Positions 36,835-48,756 of a DNA stretch of 64,000 bases are shown piece by piece. The notes under the pieces are model-generated. The model did no database searches. It was not told the DNA's origin and saw nothing but the letters and a program-made list of their open reading frames with translations. The first letter of the stretch is position 1. Each line of letters opens with the position of its first letter. The position numbers were made by a program, and so were the translations under genes. The DNA is from Asterias rubens (taxonomy: Eukaryota), in the NCBI RefSeq assembly GCF_902459465.1, contig NC_047066.1:19344001-19408000 (forward strand). The letters are read 5' to 3'.

Positions 36835-39800
36835 ATGATGGAGTCTCAGAAAATGACCAAGAAACAAGTGAAGTCGGTTATTTCTGGTATCAAACAGCAG
36901 GAAAAATTGTTCCTTGGTAGCCGGGAAAATGCCAACTCTCTGGTAGAGCTACTTAGCCTTAGGAAAGTCCAGGTAAATATAATAAGGCCCTTTTTCTTTC
37001 GTCCCCACACACTACACTACACTGTGTACACAGCACAGATCTACGTTTACGAACGTAGTCAGTACAGTAGTGCACACTAGGGCAGAGGAATTCATTATTA
37101 AGTGTTGTGCCATAAAATATAGTAAATAGAAATAGATCTTCAGAACTTTCTTTCAAATCAGATCAAGACAAAATATCAACAAAACTGTCAATCATCAAAG
37201 ACACTAAAAATTAATGACCGCTTTAAATTTAATACAACCAGATCATGGAGAACTTGTTATTAAAATATTAAATCAAACAATTGTCTTACTTACTTGACTT
37301 ACTTGAATCCACCGACGCCATCACACAACTGGGGAGGAGACGGTGGTTCTGGTTACTGGGGCAGACAGCTTAGATAAGCTTATGTAGAGCCCCCCGACGT
37401 TCTTTAGGAATTTATCCACATGTCCCTTGAAAATGTTCACACTTGAAGCTTCAATTGCTTTTCGAGGGAGAATGTTCCAGTAGTTGACCACTCTCTGGGT
37501 AAACCAGAACTTCCTGAGGTTGAGGTTGGATCTTGATTTGTACAGTTTAAGTTGGTGACCCTGTGCTGCACGGTTGACAAATCAAAGAAGTGTTCAGGGT
37601 TCAAGCCCTCAAGGCCCCTGAGTATCTTAAAGGTCTCGAATAGTAGTACAGTAGCGGTCCTACTACTTGCCGTCAACTCGCCGTCAACTCATTTTCGTGC
37701 AGTCAACTCATTAAATTTACATGAAAAATCTATAAAAAGGGGGCACGGAAGTGTTAAGTCTGGGCTAAACTACATATTTCTCATGGTTTTCGGTACAAAT
37801 TCATTCACAAAAACGACTTTGTGTTGATAAAAAAAAAGTACCAATCATTGACATCATGGGCCAAGACTAATCATTGTGAAAAAGCAAGATGGCGGCCGAC
37901 AGTTTTTTGGCTTCGAGAATTTTTTTTCACGAGAAAAAAAATCAATTTTTTTTCCGAAATATGACCTAAAACTTACGCGAATGCTCTTTGAGCTGATACT
38001 TTACAGTTCTATGCTTCTTTTGTGGATTTTAAATGTATATTGGAGGAGTTGACGGTGAGTTGACGGCGCAAGTGAGTTGACGGCGAGTTGACGGCAAGTA
38101 GTAGGACCCTACAGTAGTAATAGTAGGCCTAATACCAATGATTTGAAACTTTGCATGGTGGAAGAAGGTAAGGTTTGCTTGCGTTAACACCATGTGAAAA
38201 TGAGATTTGAGAAGTGTTACTGCAAACATCACCTTATAAATATTAGTATTGGAAGCTGTTTATTAATATTTATTTCTTGCATTATTGCAGTCTGACAACA
38301 AAGACATAGTAAGTGCCGCCTTGGGGAGCCTTGTGCATGTGTTCACCACTCTGTTCAACAGAGATGCCATGACATCCAGCAAACCACAGACAAAGCCTAA
38401 GGAGGAAAGCACAGAGACCACAGAGGCCAGTCCAGAAGAGCAGTACAAGGACTGGCTTCACAAGAGATATAAAGACTGCTTGAGATGTATTTCACGCTTG
38501 ATAGAAGCCTTCACAGATGCCACTGCTGTTCAGGTGAGGTTGACCGGACTGATTTTTGTATGACAAACCAATTAGTAGATAATAATCATCGAAAATATGA
38601 CTGGACCACATCAGACCAGAGCCCTGTGATTTTAACGTAGGGCCAATAAAATCTAAGTGGGACAAGCTCGATGGTCTTGTGTTTTTCATTTTAATAAAAT
38701 AGGCCTACTTCATTGTGTAATAACTTTTGTGAAAAAATTAATGAGATAATTACATTTTTCTATTTCCTTCCAATAGTATCGAAGTACACTTTCACATAAT
38801 AATAATAATAATAATAAAGAATATTTATAGGGCGCCAAAATCCACCAAAATGAGGTGCTCAAGGCACACAGGAGGGGGAACCACACACAGCAAGGAAAAA
38901 AGACAAATAGACCAGTTACATATAGGCGAGATTAAACAAAGTGGTTTTCAACTTAACCTTGAAAGTATTGATGTTAGAAATATTGCGGATTTGTAGAGGC
39001 AAGTCATTCCAGAGTGTGGGTCCAGCATGGGAAAAATGACCTATCGCCCCCTGACTTGCTACTCTTAGTAACTTGAAGCATGCATGTATTGGAAGATCGG
39101 AGAGATCGCACAGGAGTATAAGCTTTAACCAAAGAAATGTTATATATAGGAGCAGAACCATTAATGCAATGAATGATAAGCAACAGAAGTTTGAAAGTAT
39201 AAACATAAATGAAATAGATCTTTTCAGAGTGCTAGTTCAAACTCATTTTGATTATGGTCTTGTAAAACAAATTCTGGTCCAGCAAAAAATGTCGAGCTAC
39301 ATACAAAAGAAGCCATGCAGTCTTGTGGTCTTTTCCTAAGCCAGCAATAAAGTCCGTCAATTTCTCTCTTTCTACAAATGACAGCAAGTAAACCAAAATA
39401 TTTGACATATAAATAGTTTGCGGTGCTTTGATTCTTTGGGAAAAAGATTTTTCTTCTGCTAATTTTTGCTCATTATTTGGTTACAGGAATTAGCCCTGTG
39501 TAGTTTGATGAAACTGCTGCAGGTCGAGTCCAACCATCCATTGAAGAAGAGTGTTGCAAAGCGATATGCATTCCCTGCCGATGTTCTAAATGTAAGTATA
39601 TTATTTTCAGTGGTGTTTAATAAAGATGGCATTTCAGACCACAAGCCTATTACTGGCCTGGAATTAAATGTAGATCATGAAGTTGATATCCTTTCAAAAG
39701 TTTCTCTAAAACTTTCTAAAGATTTATCAATGGAAGTACCCTTAACCTAACCCTAACCCTTTTTGCTCCCTGCTGCAATGCTTAAGTATGTACTTTTCAT

Positions 39801-42800
39801 TATACTTTTATCTATAGACGCGGTGACCTCTGACGTCACTCGAAAACCATACTATGATTCGCGCGCATACCGCTGGGCAAAACCTTTGTGTTCTGGCAGC
39901 CAGCTAGAAAGTGTATGCAATCTTACCATGACTACGCGTCTTTTTGCCCGGCGAAATATGACGTATGCAGTGTTTTGTCAACAGGGGGCGGTTTGAATGT
40001 AAACATAGGTCACATCGTCTATAGACCATTATTATGCTGTCAAACACCAATATATGACCCTCCAGGCCTGATACTTCAAGGAGGCAACAAAGGCAATTGG
40101 CTCTATGCCCACTCATCATTGCCTTGGGGCCTTTGAAATGCTCCAGTAGAAATTTATAATTTCCTCATAGGGTGCCCTTTATCAAGGAGAAAATGCTTTG
40201 GTTCCCTGCCCTTTCAAAAACGAAGTACCAGTACACAGGCCTGACCCTCCTTTTAAATTTACTTTCTGTTTAAAAACAGCATGTTGTACGGAAGCTCCTA
40301 TCTAGGAGGCAAGACATGACAAAGCTCATTGCAAGATTTCAGGAATACTTGGAGTATGATGATGTCAGATTTTTCGTTCTCGCCCAGATCAAATATCACG
40401 CCACCAATTTAAATGAGGAGGTTGATAAAAAGGTAAGCATTACAAGAAGGCTCCTTTAAAGAAAGAGGCTAAAATAAAGCATAATTTTCGTTTGGCAACT
40501 CACACCTGTTATCTCCATGTAATTTCTTTTCCAAACAGTGGACTTAATTGGATAATGGCCAAAGTTTGGGCATTATTCGATTAAGTCCACTCAAACTAGT
40601 TATGCTGCTTACAGTGGGGCAGATTAAGTGCCCATTCATTAATTTTAATGACCCAAGTTATTCAATGTAAACACACCCACTCAGTTAAAAGGATTTATAC
40701 TTTCAAATCAAATGGATACTCTAATTGCGCCCTTTCAACTGACATGTTGGTTTTGAGGTATAACGTTTTTATGTAGTCAGTAACAATAAAACTGAGTTCT
40801 GAGTGTTTCTGTTTCTGTTTGGTTCCAGTTTTTGCCTAATTTTTATTTTCAAAAACATAAATTGTGTTTGTGTATAGATTTTGCCTGTTTATTATGTAAA
40901 TTTGAATGTTGTCAACCTTCTGGTTGTTATTATTCAGATTAAATAAACCATTAATATATAATATATTTTCTGTTTCTAAAGGACCTCGCAATGTTCTGCA
41001 CCAACATGTTCGCCCTTCTAGAAAAGCTGACGATGCCAACGTCTCAGGAGGACATCACTAACTTCCTATGTAAACCTCCAGATGAAGATGCAGATGTTAA
41101 AGTTACATCCTTCAAGGTACACATGTAGATGTACCCTCAAGTAGGCCTATTCTTAAGCCTTCTCAACAACCCCTAGCCTGAACATCTGACGTCACACTTT
41201 GTGGCTTGTGAATAACGCCAGAGACCGGCCTATATTAGACAATTTTAAAAACGACTCATGTGTGGTCCTGTAGCATGCACTGCAGTTGGTTACCTCCAAG
41301 TTGTCTGTAAAAGTTGCCTCGTGCGACAAGGCCCTGAGTAATGATGTATGCTTTGGTAGAATGGGTTAAATGTATTAGGTTGTTGATGTTGTTGTAGACT
41401 TTAAACTACAAGCTTTTGTATAGTGTTTAGACATCAAGTGACTGTCTGTATTTAGATGATTTCTTGATTCAAATCAATACTAAATTGCTTAATTATACAC
41501 AATATCCTCAATGTTCTTCAAATCAATGATAAATTGCTTAATTATCCACAATATCCTCCGCATTTACACTGATATTTTCCATGATTTGTTTTCTGTTCCA
41601 GGAGCATCGGAAATTATTCAGTGATTCTTGGCTTGTATTCCTTGGACTTCCTCTTCCGCCGTCTGTCTACAAGAAGACGTTGGTTATTCTCCATGATGCT
41701 GTAATGCCACATATGACCAACCCACTTCTACTGACAGACTTCCTAACGTTCTCCTACAATATTGGTCAGTATTTTCTCTTTTTGTTTGGTTTGTAACCCA
41801 CACTCCTGCTCAAGGACCTCCTTACAATCTCCCTCAATTTTGGTCAGATATTAATTTGTGATATTTTCTCTTGTTGCTGTTTCTTAAAGACACTGGACAC
41901 CTTTGGTAATTGTCAAAGACCAGTCTTCTCACTTTGTGTATCTCAAAGTTGAACCTGTTTTTGTTCATTATCTGCTGTTTTTCAGGAGGTGCAGTTAGTC
42001 TGTTGGCTCTCAATGGATTGTTTGTCCTCATCAGTCAGCACAATTTGTAAGTTTCAGCATCTTTGCAAATTTCTGTGTATTACACACATGTATAACTTTA
42101 ATTGTCCTACATTTTCCAGTGAGTTGACCAACCATTTGAAGCCATTTGATGTCAACTTTGGCTTGTCGTGGCCGAAGTGGCACACTGGACTCAAGCTCTG
42201 GTGCTTTTCATCAGAGTGTTGTTTGAGTCCCAGTCTTAACCCAAACCACACTATCCTGTCTTTGTATTTTTATGTTTCACCAATCAGTGCTATACATTGC
42301 CAAAACAGAAATTGACAAAGGGTTGCAGTGGCCAAAATTCAAGTTCGAATTGAGCACAGCTAGTGGCTTCTCCAGTTAACCACTCTCATTGAAGTACTTT
42401 AGGCAATGGCTCTACTCTCTATGTGAGGATGTGTGTACCTAAAAATGCTACTGTTGTGGCATATTGAGGTATGGGTTGGTTGTCTCAAGAAATATGCTGA
42501 TGAACCTGTAGTAGGATGGTTATTTGCATATTGAAACCAACAGCTAGCTATTGTAACCTTCAAACCACCTGACTGTTTTTTGTTTTCGCTGTGTGTTTTC
42601 CCAAATCTTAAACTCCTTTTTAGGGAATATCCGCAGTTCTACAAGAAGCTGTATGCATTGTTTGAACCAAGCATCTTCCATGTCAAGTTCCGAGCTCGAT
42701 TTTTTCACCTTGCAGATTTATTCCTCAGCTCAACGTAAGTATTTCTTTTGCAACTCGATCAATACCTACTATGTTCAGTTTAACGTCTTATATGGCATAT

Positions 42801-45207
42801 CCGAAATCTTTGCATTGCTGATTTGTATTTATACTGTTTCTGTTGTATATTTGTTTTCTGTTGCACTGTATATTTTACACCAGTAGCTGTGCTAATAACC
42901 TTCATACTTACCATTTGAATATTTGCCTTCTATATTTCATGCATTACCCGTGGTAAACCTTACAAATTGCTCGTTTTTATATCCTGTTGTAACATTTGCA
43001 CTGTGTATTTGACACTGTGTATTATGAATCACTTGACATTTGCATTGTATTTTGCATATAACCCGTGGTGAACCTTACAAATTGGTTATTTTTATGTATG
43101 CATCAATTGTATATTTTGCTTTATGTACACGATCCGTTAACTGTCAAAATAATTCTGTTATCTGTGCATTGATCATATTTTGTATGTACATGTTTGTTGC
43201 ATTACCCATGATGGTAAACCTTGCAATTTGTTTTTTGCACAAATTGTATATTTTGTACTCAATGGGGCAACTGTTGTTATATGTGCATTAGTCATATATA
43301 TTGCATTAATGATTATGTACCCATGGTTACTGTACAAATTTGCTGTTGTTTTATTTGTATCATTTTGCACATTTTCATTTTACACATTTATTTGTTATTG
43401 CTGCCCTACATTTACACATTTTAACAAAGTTTGTCAATTAGATTCAAATTATGAGTAGTTCACAGTAATACATAGTAACTTAGGATATGAACAAATTGAA
43501 AGTTCACAATGATTTAGATAGTTACAGATATTAAGAAGTTTAAGGTAGGACAACAATTAGGTTAAGGTGAAGCAGAGGCTTTTGTGCCTTATATTAACCT
43601 TATTGTGAATTGTAGGCCTATTATTTACCTGTGACAATGCATATAATTTGGCTCTTGTAGTTTTACATTGTGTATTTTTACACTTTAAACCAGCTGTAAG
43701 ACTGCAAAATACAAACATTTGCATCATACCAAATTAATAATGTGGTAACAAGAATATAACTTATATAATTTTGTCTAGGTATTTACCAGCTTATTTGGTG
43801 GCTGCCTGCGCAAAACGTCTTTCTCGTCTAGCCCTCACAGCGCCCCCTGCTGGTCTGATGATGGTCATTCCCTTTGTCTGTAACCTACTTTTGAGACACA
43901 GGAGCTGTCGGGTTTTGATTCAGCGAACAGACGGTCCCTCAGGTAAATTATTACATTCTTTTGTTCATTTATTAATTATAAATTGCCTTATGCTCAGTGA
44001 TGGACATAGTGGTTGGCTATGCCGTGCGGGTGTTGCTTGTTCACATTTGTAGAGCGTGCTTAGCCTGACCTCTTGTCTTGATCAGTCACACCTATGAAGG
44101 CGTGACCTGGGGAAAGTAAAATCCAGGTCGCGTATCGTGGTGTGTCATGGTGTAGCGAATAAGAGAGCACTGGATTTAAACTCTGGTGTTTCTGATTAGC
44201 AGAATGTTGGTTCGAGTCCCAGTTGTGACACCTGTGTCCTTAAGCAAGCCACTTAACCATGATGCTTTGTCCTTTGAATGGGAGGTAAAGCCGTTGGTCC
44301 CATGTGTTGTGTAACGCACCTAAAAGATCTCAGTGCACTTGTTCAAGAGAGAGCGGGTTCGCTCGGTGTTCCTGGTTTGACTGGCAGCATATTGTGCCAC
44401 AGCACCTTGTTAACCATTTTATAGTGCTTCGAAAAGGAGTGGGTCTCTTAATTCAAAACATAGTCCCACAAACTTTGCAGGAGCGTCACTGAGTGACGGA
44501 TATTCACCCTATATAAGAAAACCACTATTTTTATTATCATACTGTCCAGTTTCAAGTTGTATTAAATCCGGTGTTTAATTCTTGTCTTAGAAATTGCGGA
44601 TGATCCATACATAATGGATGAGACAGACCCAGCAAAGAGCAAGGCTTTAGAAAGCTCCCTCTGGGAGTTGGAAACCCTCAAGTCACACTACCACCCCGGG
44701 GTCGCTACAGCTGCTTCCAAGATTGACAAACCCTTCCCTAAAGTAGAATGGGAGATCTCAGAGTACCTGGAGCTTTCTACAAGTGAGGTAGGTTGCACCA
44801 TTGCATTTATAGGGTTATCATGACTAATTTGTCCACAGTATGTGATTGTTGGAATGAATGTATGTTTGCATAACTTAACCGTACACTTCTCTGCATAATT
44901 TTCGAAAGGGGAAGTTTCTCATAAACAACGTTTCTGTCTGAACTTTTTTCCCAGTTTGTATGTTATGAGTTATGATCTTTGTTTCCCTGCCTACTTAAAT
45001 AAATTTTGTAAATCTTTTTTTCTGCAACCTCCACCAACACATCTCAATGTTGTGTTTCTTATAAATGTTCTTTTAATTTTGTCTTCTCATCAGATGATTG
45101 ACTGGGTGGTGAAGAAAAAGATGAAAACGGCTCACATGGAATTTGAGCCTCCGAAAGGACTCATTGGCAAAAAAGACGACACTTCAAACTTCTTTGCTTA
45201 CGACTAA
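36835..45207 (+). CDS. NOC4L: Nucleolar complex protein 4 homolog (CBF/Mak21 domain), 11 exons, ~527 aa
   Basis: Exons 36835-36972, 38291-38533, 39487-39591, 40280-40432, 40982-41116, 41602-41764, 41986-42046, 42624-42734, 43779-43942, 44591-44787, 45094-45207(TAA); 1584 nt in frame. Motifs FQEYLEYDDVRFF, LLTDFLTFSYNIGGAVSLLALNGLFVLI, EYPQFYKKLYALF, YLPAYLVAACAKRLSRLALTAPP, SKALESSLWELETLKSHYHP. Confidence 0.95.
37285..37640 (-). mobile_element. CR1-type LINE 3' end
   Basis: Frameshifted ETFKILRGLEGLNPEHFFDL / RGHQLKLYKSRSNLNLRKFWFTQRVVNYWNILP..AIEASSVNIFKGHVDKFL; (CAAGTAAGT) tail. Confidence 0.8.
37655..38109. mobile_element. MITE with 8-bp TSD (TACAGTAG), possibly Merlin- or hAT-type
   Basis: About 38-bp TIRs GGTCCTACTACTTGCCGTCAACTCGCCGTCAACTCA with internally repeated GAGTTGACGG; exact TSD at 37647-37654 and 38110-38117. 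Confidence 0.85.
38790..39130 (-). mobile_element. L2/CR1-clade LINE 3' end
   Basis: FSHAGPTLWNDLPLQIRNISNINTFKVKLKTTLF, a canonical ORF2 C-terminus; (ATT)n tail at ~38800. Similar decayed piece at ~23365-23655. Confidence 0.8.
40063..40243. mobile_element. CAGGCCTG-ended ~180-bp non-autonomous element (family C)
   Basis: Short TIR CAGGCCTG; ACCCTC direct repeats on both flanks. Other copies at 16278-16470, 16924-17089, 19261-19455, ~10100-10340 (reverse) and ~12530-12660 (reverse). Confidence 0.8.
42935..43345. repeat. Degenerate ~120-140-bp tandem repeat in NOC4L intron 8
   Basis: TGCATTACCCGTGGTAAACCTTACAAATTG-like motif recurs at ~42940, 43055, 43198 and 43318; explains the Cys/Tyr/Ile-rich spurious ORFs here. 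Confidence 0.7.
44130..44490 (+). mobile_element. tRNA-derived SINE (second family)
   Basis: A/B-box-like TGGTGTAGCG...GGTTCGAGTCCC, then GTGTCCTTAAGCAAGCCACTTAACC core. Relatives at ~8775-8850, 21930-22050 (reverse) and 22590-22780. Confidence 0.7.
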
Positions 45208-45379
45208 AAGCAGTCAAGAAGAAATTGGCTACAATATATAAAAACTTAACACTCTTCCTCACGGAGCATAAAAGGTTTATTACCCTGATCATAGGGCTAC
45301 CTACTTCATTCTTTCAAGAACTATCTCGGGATCAAGTATGCAGCCTGTGCTTCAATAACCTTACTTATGGCGATCAGAA

Positions 45380-45830
45380 GGGTCCGATTACTGAGAAGCC
45401 TTCCACACTGTTCTGTCTAAGAAAGAAATCAGTCGACCCAAGTTGTCGCGTTGCCGCATGTTTGAGTCGGGCTCTATGTCTGACACGCCACACAACTCTA
45501 TCCTGCATACAGCTGATTAGCTCCTCCTTAGATATAGAAGAGTTTGCGGTAACACCATGTAATAACAATCTCTAAATGAGTTGGGGTGGTTCTGAAAAGA
45601 ACTGTTGGATTAACTCCAACGGTTCTTTTCAGAACCATCCCAACTCATTTTAGAGATTGTTATTACATTAACTCCAATGGTTCTTTTCAGAACCACCCCA
45701 ACTCATTTAGAGATTGTTATTACATGGTGTTACCGCAAACTCTTCTATATCTTATTTCCACCATGCAAAGTTTCAAATCCTACTTAGCTCCTCCTTGTTG
45801 ATTACTCCGGCGTCTTCAATCAGGGTCTTG
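45380..45830 (-). mobile_element. RTE-clade LINE 3' fragment interrupted by the foldback element
   Basis: KTLIEDAGVINKEEL (45790-45830) continues as EELISCMQDRVVWRVRHRARLK left of 45530. Confidence 0.55.
45530..45752. mobile_element. Foldback MITE downstream of the NOC4L stop
   Basis: About 80-bp near-perfect inverted arms AGATATAGAAGAGTTTGCGGTAACACCATGTAATAACAATCTCTAAATGAGTTGGGGTGGTTCTGAAAAGAAC..., with an internal duplicate of part of the right arm. Confidence 0.8.
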
Positions 45831-47048
45831 AGCAGGGTCAGAGTCTGTCTAACCTGCAGTTATTTATTGCCTGTTTAATTATATGTAGGAGTAAGGTGTC
45901 ATCCTTCATAGAACCACCACTAGGCTCTCATTTACCCCCAGGTGAATAAAAACAATTATATTTTGGGGGTCAGTCTATGACAACAGTGTCACATGACTGG
46001 GATTCAAACCCAGGTGTCCTGCAGATAGACAAATTTAGTTGGCTAACCCGAATGGATATTAATTTGGAAATTCAATGCGCGAAAAAAATGACACATTATG
46101 TACACAGACTCTTCACTGTAGAGGACCCTCAACATGATTTCCCTATGCTTGTACTTTTCCCTGTATGCAGTTTTAATATGTATTAGCATACTCATCATCG
46201 CACCCAATAAGATACCAAGCTATTTCCCCTGTCTTTTGGTAAGTGTAGATGCCTCGAATGGTGCAAAAGCAAGATGAATGTATCATTCTTCTAGCAAAAA
46301 GATGATAATTCATGGAAGGATTTGATAATAAATTTTCTAAACCGAATGGGTTATTTTGTTTGAAGATTGTTTTGTTTTGTGTGGTCTGTAACCTTACTCA
46401 TTAATTATACACCAGAAATTTGATTTGATAAAAGCAGACTAAAAAAACCTAACCGTCGATCTAGTCTGCAAGTCTAGAGAGTACTCAAATTTGTGACTAG
46501 TTAAAGTGCAAGAGTTTGTTTTCTTTTCACCTTAAAGCATTATACCTACTGGGACCAAAGCTCTTCATGCAAATGATGATAATGCATGCAGGAAAGGGTT
46601 TGATAATAGGCCTAATAAGTAAGTCGTTAATTTGTTTAAAGATTTGTTTTGTTTTGGTTTATGGTTCACCTTGCTCATAATGCTACAGATACTTGGTTAA
46701 TAATACTTTTTTTTTAGTTGAATGGTAACAAATGAACTGATCAGCAACACTAATTCTGGCCTGGAAGTTTGTTGCAGTAACATGTGCTCGTTAATTAACA
46801 ATAATATTAATGAAAACATTAATTTGTCTAGTTATTTTTATCTTTGATGGCGCAAGCGTTTTCTCCACTGTTCATACTTCGCCAACAGAGGGGGCGATAC
46901 AAATTGCCACATTTTTAGACGGATACCCAAAAACAGGTGGAGTTGTAACGTTAATTGATTGGTTGAGAACATTGGGTGCCTGTTTTCAATTATAAGGAGC
47001 TTTTTGCTGCACAAAATCTACGTCGTCGGCTAGAGTTATCTTGCAAAA

Positions 47049-48756
47049 ATGGTCGTAAAAGAGACAGTTCGAGGGCTGGATGAGTGCAATGCTGTAATAG
47101 AGAAATATCAAGGGAAGGTTCCTCTGTTTATCCTCTTCTCTGGTGACAAAGATGCTGCCGGGACGAGCTGGTGTTCCGATTGTGTTGACGGTGAGCATTT
47201 TTTATTTATTCGATGTCAATCATGATTGAGTCAATGAGATGCACAATGCTGCAGTGGTGGTTGGAATATAAATAAAGAGCAAAAAGGGAACCCGTTTTAC
47301 TCAAAAAATGAGACACTTATTTGGGTAAAAAATAGTGAAAAAGGGTAGTGGAAGGATGGACCATTTCTTTCTACCTCCATGACATATGACTTGAATAGGA
47401 GTCAAAACGTATGAGATGTAAGTTGTAATTTTGAGATAAATAAAAAAAAACTCATTACTTTCCAAAACTACAGTCCGCCAGTACTCAGGACTACCACATC
47501 CTCAACAAGTAGTTTTGGCACTGTCTAATCGTGACTAAGTTAGGTAGATACAGTTTTTGTTGGTGGTGGCTCTTGGTTGTGAAAAATCACACAAACAAGA
47601 TTTTGCAAAACATACTTAGTAGTTAGTGTGACTGTGAGCATTAACAAATAACAGAACAATGTACTTTGCTATTCTTTCCTCAGCTGAACCGGTTGTATTA
47701 TCCTGCCTGGAATCGGCCCCTGAAGACACGGTCTTCATTTATTGCTCAGTTGGAGATCGACAGTTGTAAGTAAACAAATATTTGAGAATTTTATTGCTGT
47801 AATTGTTGATTAATTCACATTACTGATCTATGCTTTTATTTATAAAGTTGACGGACTAGAACCTGGTTTATACTTCCTGCGAATGTGAATGCAAAGCAAA
47901 TTTGTTGTCATAATAACTCTATTTTCTCTGCAAATGTTTTGCAAGAGTTGAGCAGCGGTCAACTTTGATTTTTTAACTGTTCTCAACAGTACAATGCCAT
48001 GTCAAAAATGCTTGGCAAGAGTCTCTGCTCATGAAAATTGACCTGCACCAAATTGTACACTTTCCATTACCACTTTCCATTACAACATTTTGTTTAACCA
48101 TATTTATATTGTCCAGATATACTTCATCTTACAGGTTTTGTTTTTCAAATTCTTTCCTATTCCATTTGTTGTTTTCAACTATAAACTAATTCTAGATCTT
48201 TGTTTTTCTTACAGCTGGAAAAATTCTGAAAATGGCTTTCGGACAAACAACAAGCTAAAGTTAACTTCAATACCCACACTACTCAAATGGGGATCGGTAA
48301 GTATTATGTGTACAGATATTGAAGGGGCACAGCAATGTTTTCTCTCTGTTGGTACGGAAACCTCCATGAGGCAGGGGCATGCATGCAACTTTTCAGCTGA
48401 TCAGCTGGGATTTCCTCTTTTTTTTTTTTTTTACAAAAGTTAAGTGTCGGCTTGGCCATTTCCTCTTTTTGTAAGAAAGTTTCATTTCTGATGAGGGAAA
48501 CGCAAATTTGTATTGGAACAGTGCAAAGGGCACCACTGCAAAACACAGGGCAATTGCTGTGGGCAGGACACCATGGGTTATTTTAAGGCCTGCAGTTTAT
48601 ACTAGATTTAAATTTAAAACTTTCAGTCATTCATACTGCTGTATCAAGAGTAATATTTTATTCCATCGTTTCTTTTGTTTCCAGTCGAGGCGGTTGGTTG
48701 AAGAAGATTGCAAGAAAGCGGACCTTGTCAAGATGTTGTTTGAAGATGATGATTAA
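47049..48756 (+). CDS. TXNDC17: Thioredoxin domain-containing protein 17 (TRP14), 4 exons, 125 aa
   Basis: Exons 47049-47190, 47684-47765, 48215-48296, 48685-48756(TAA). Sequence [23 protein letters not shown]...FIYCSVGDRQFWKNSENGFR...LTSIPTLLKWG...RLVEEDC..ADLVKMLFED is typical of TRP14. Confidence 0.95.

Noticed and set aside
43040-43458. Overlapping Cys/Tyr/Ile-rich ORFs
   Set aside because: Derived from a degenerate T/G-rich intronic tandem repeat in NOC4L.
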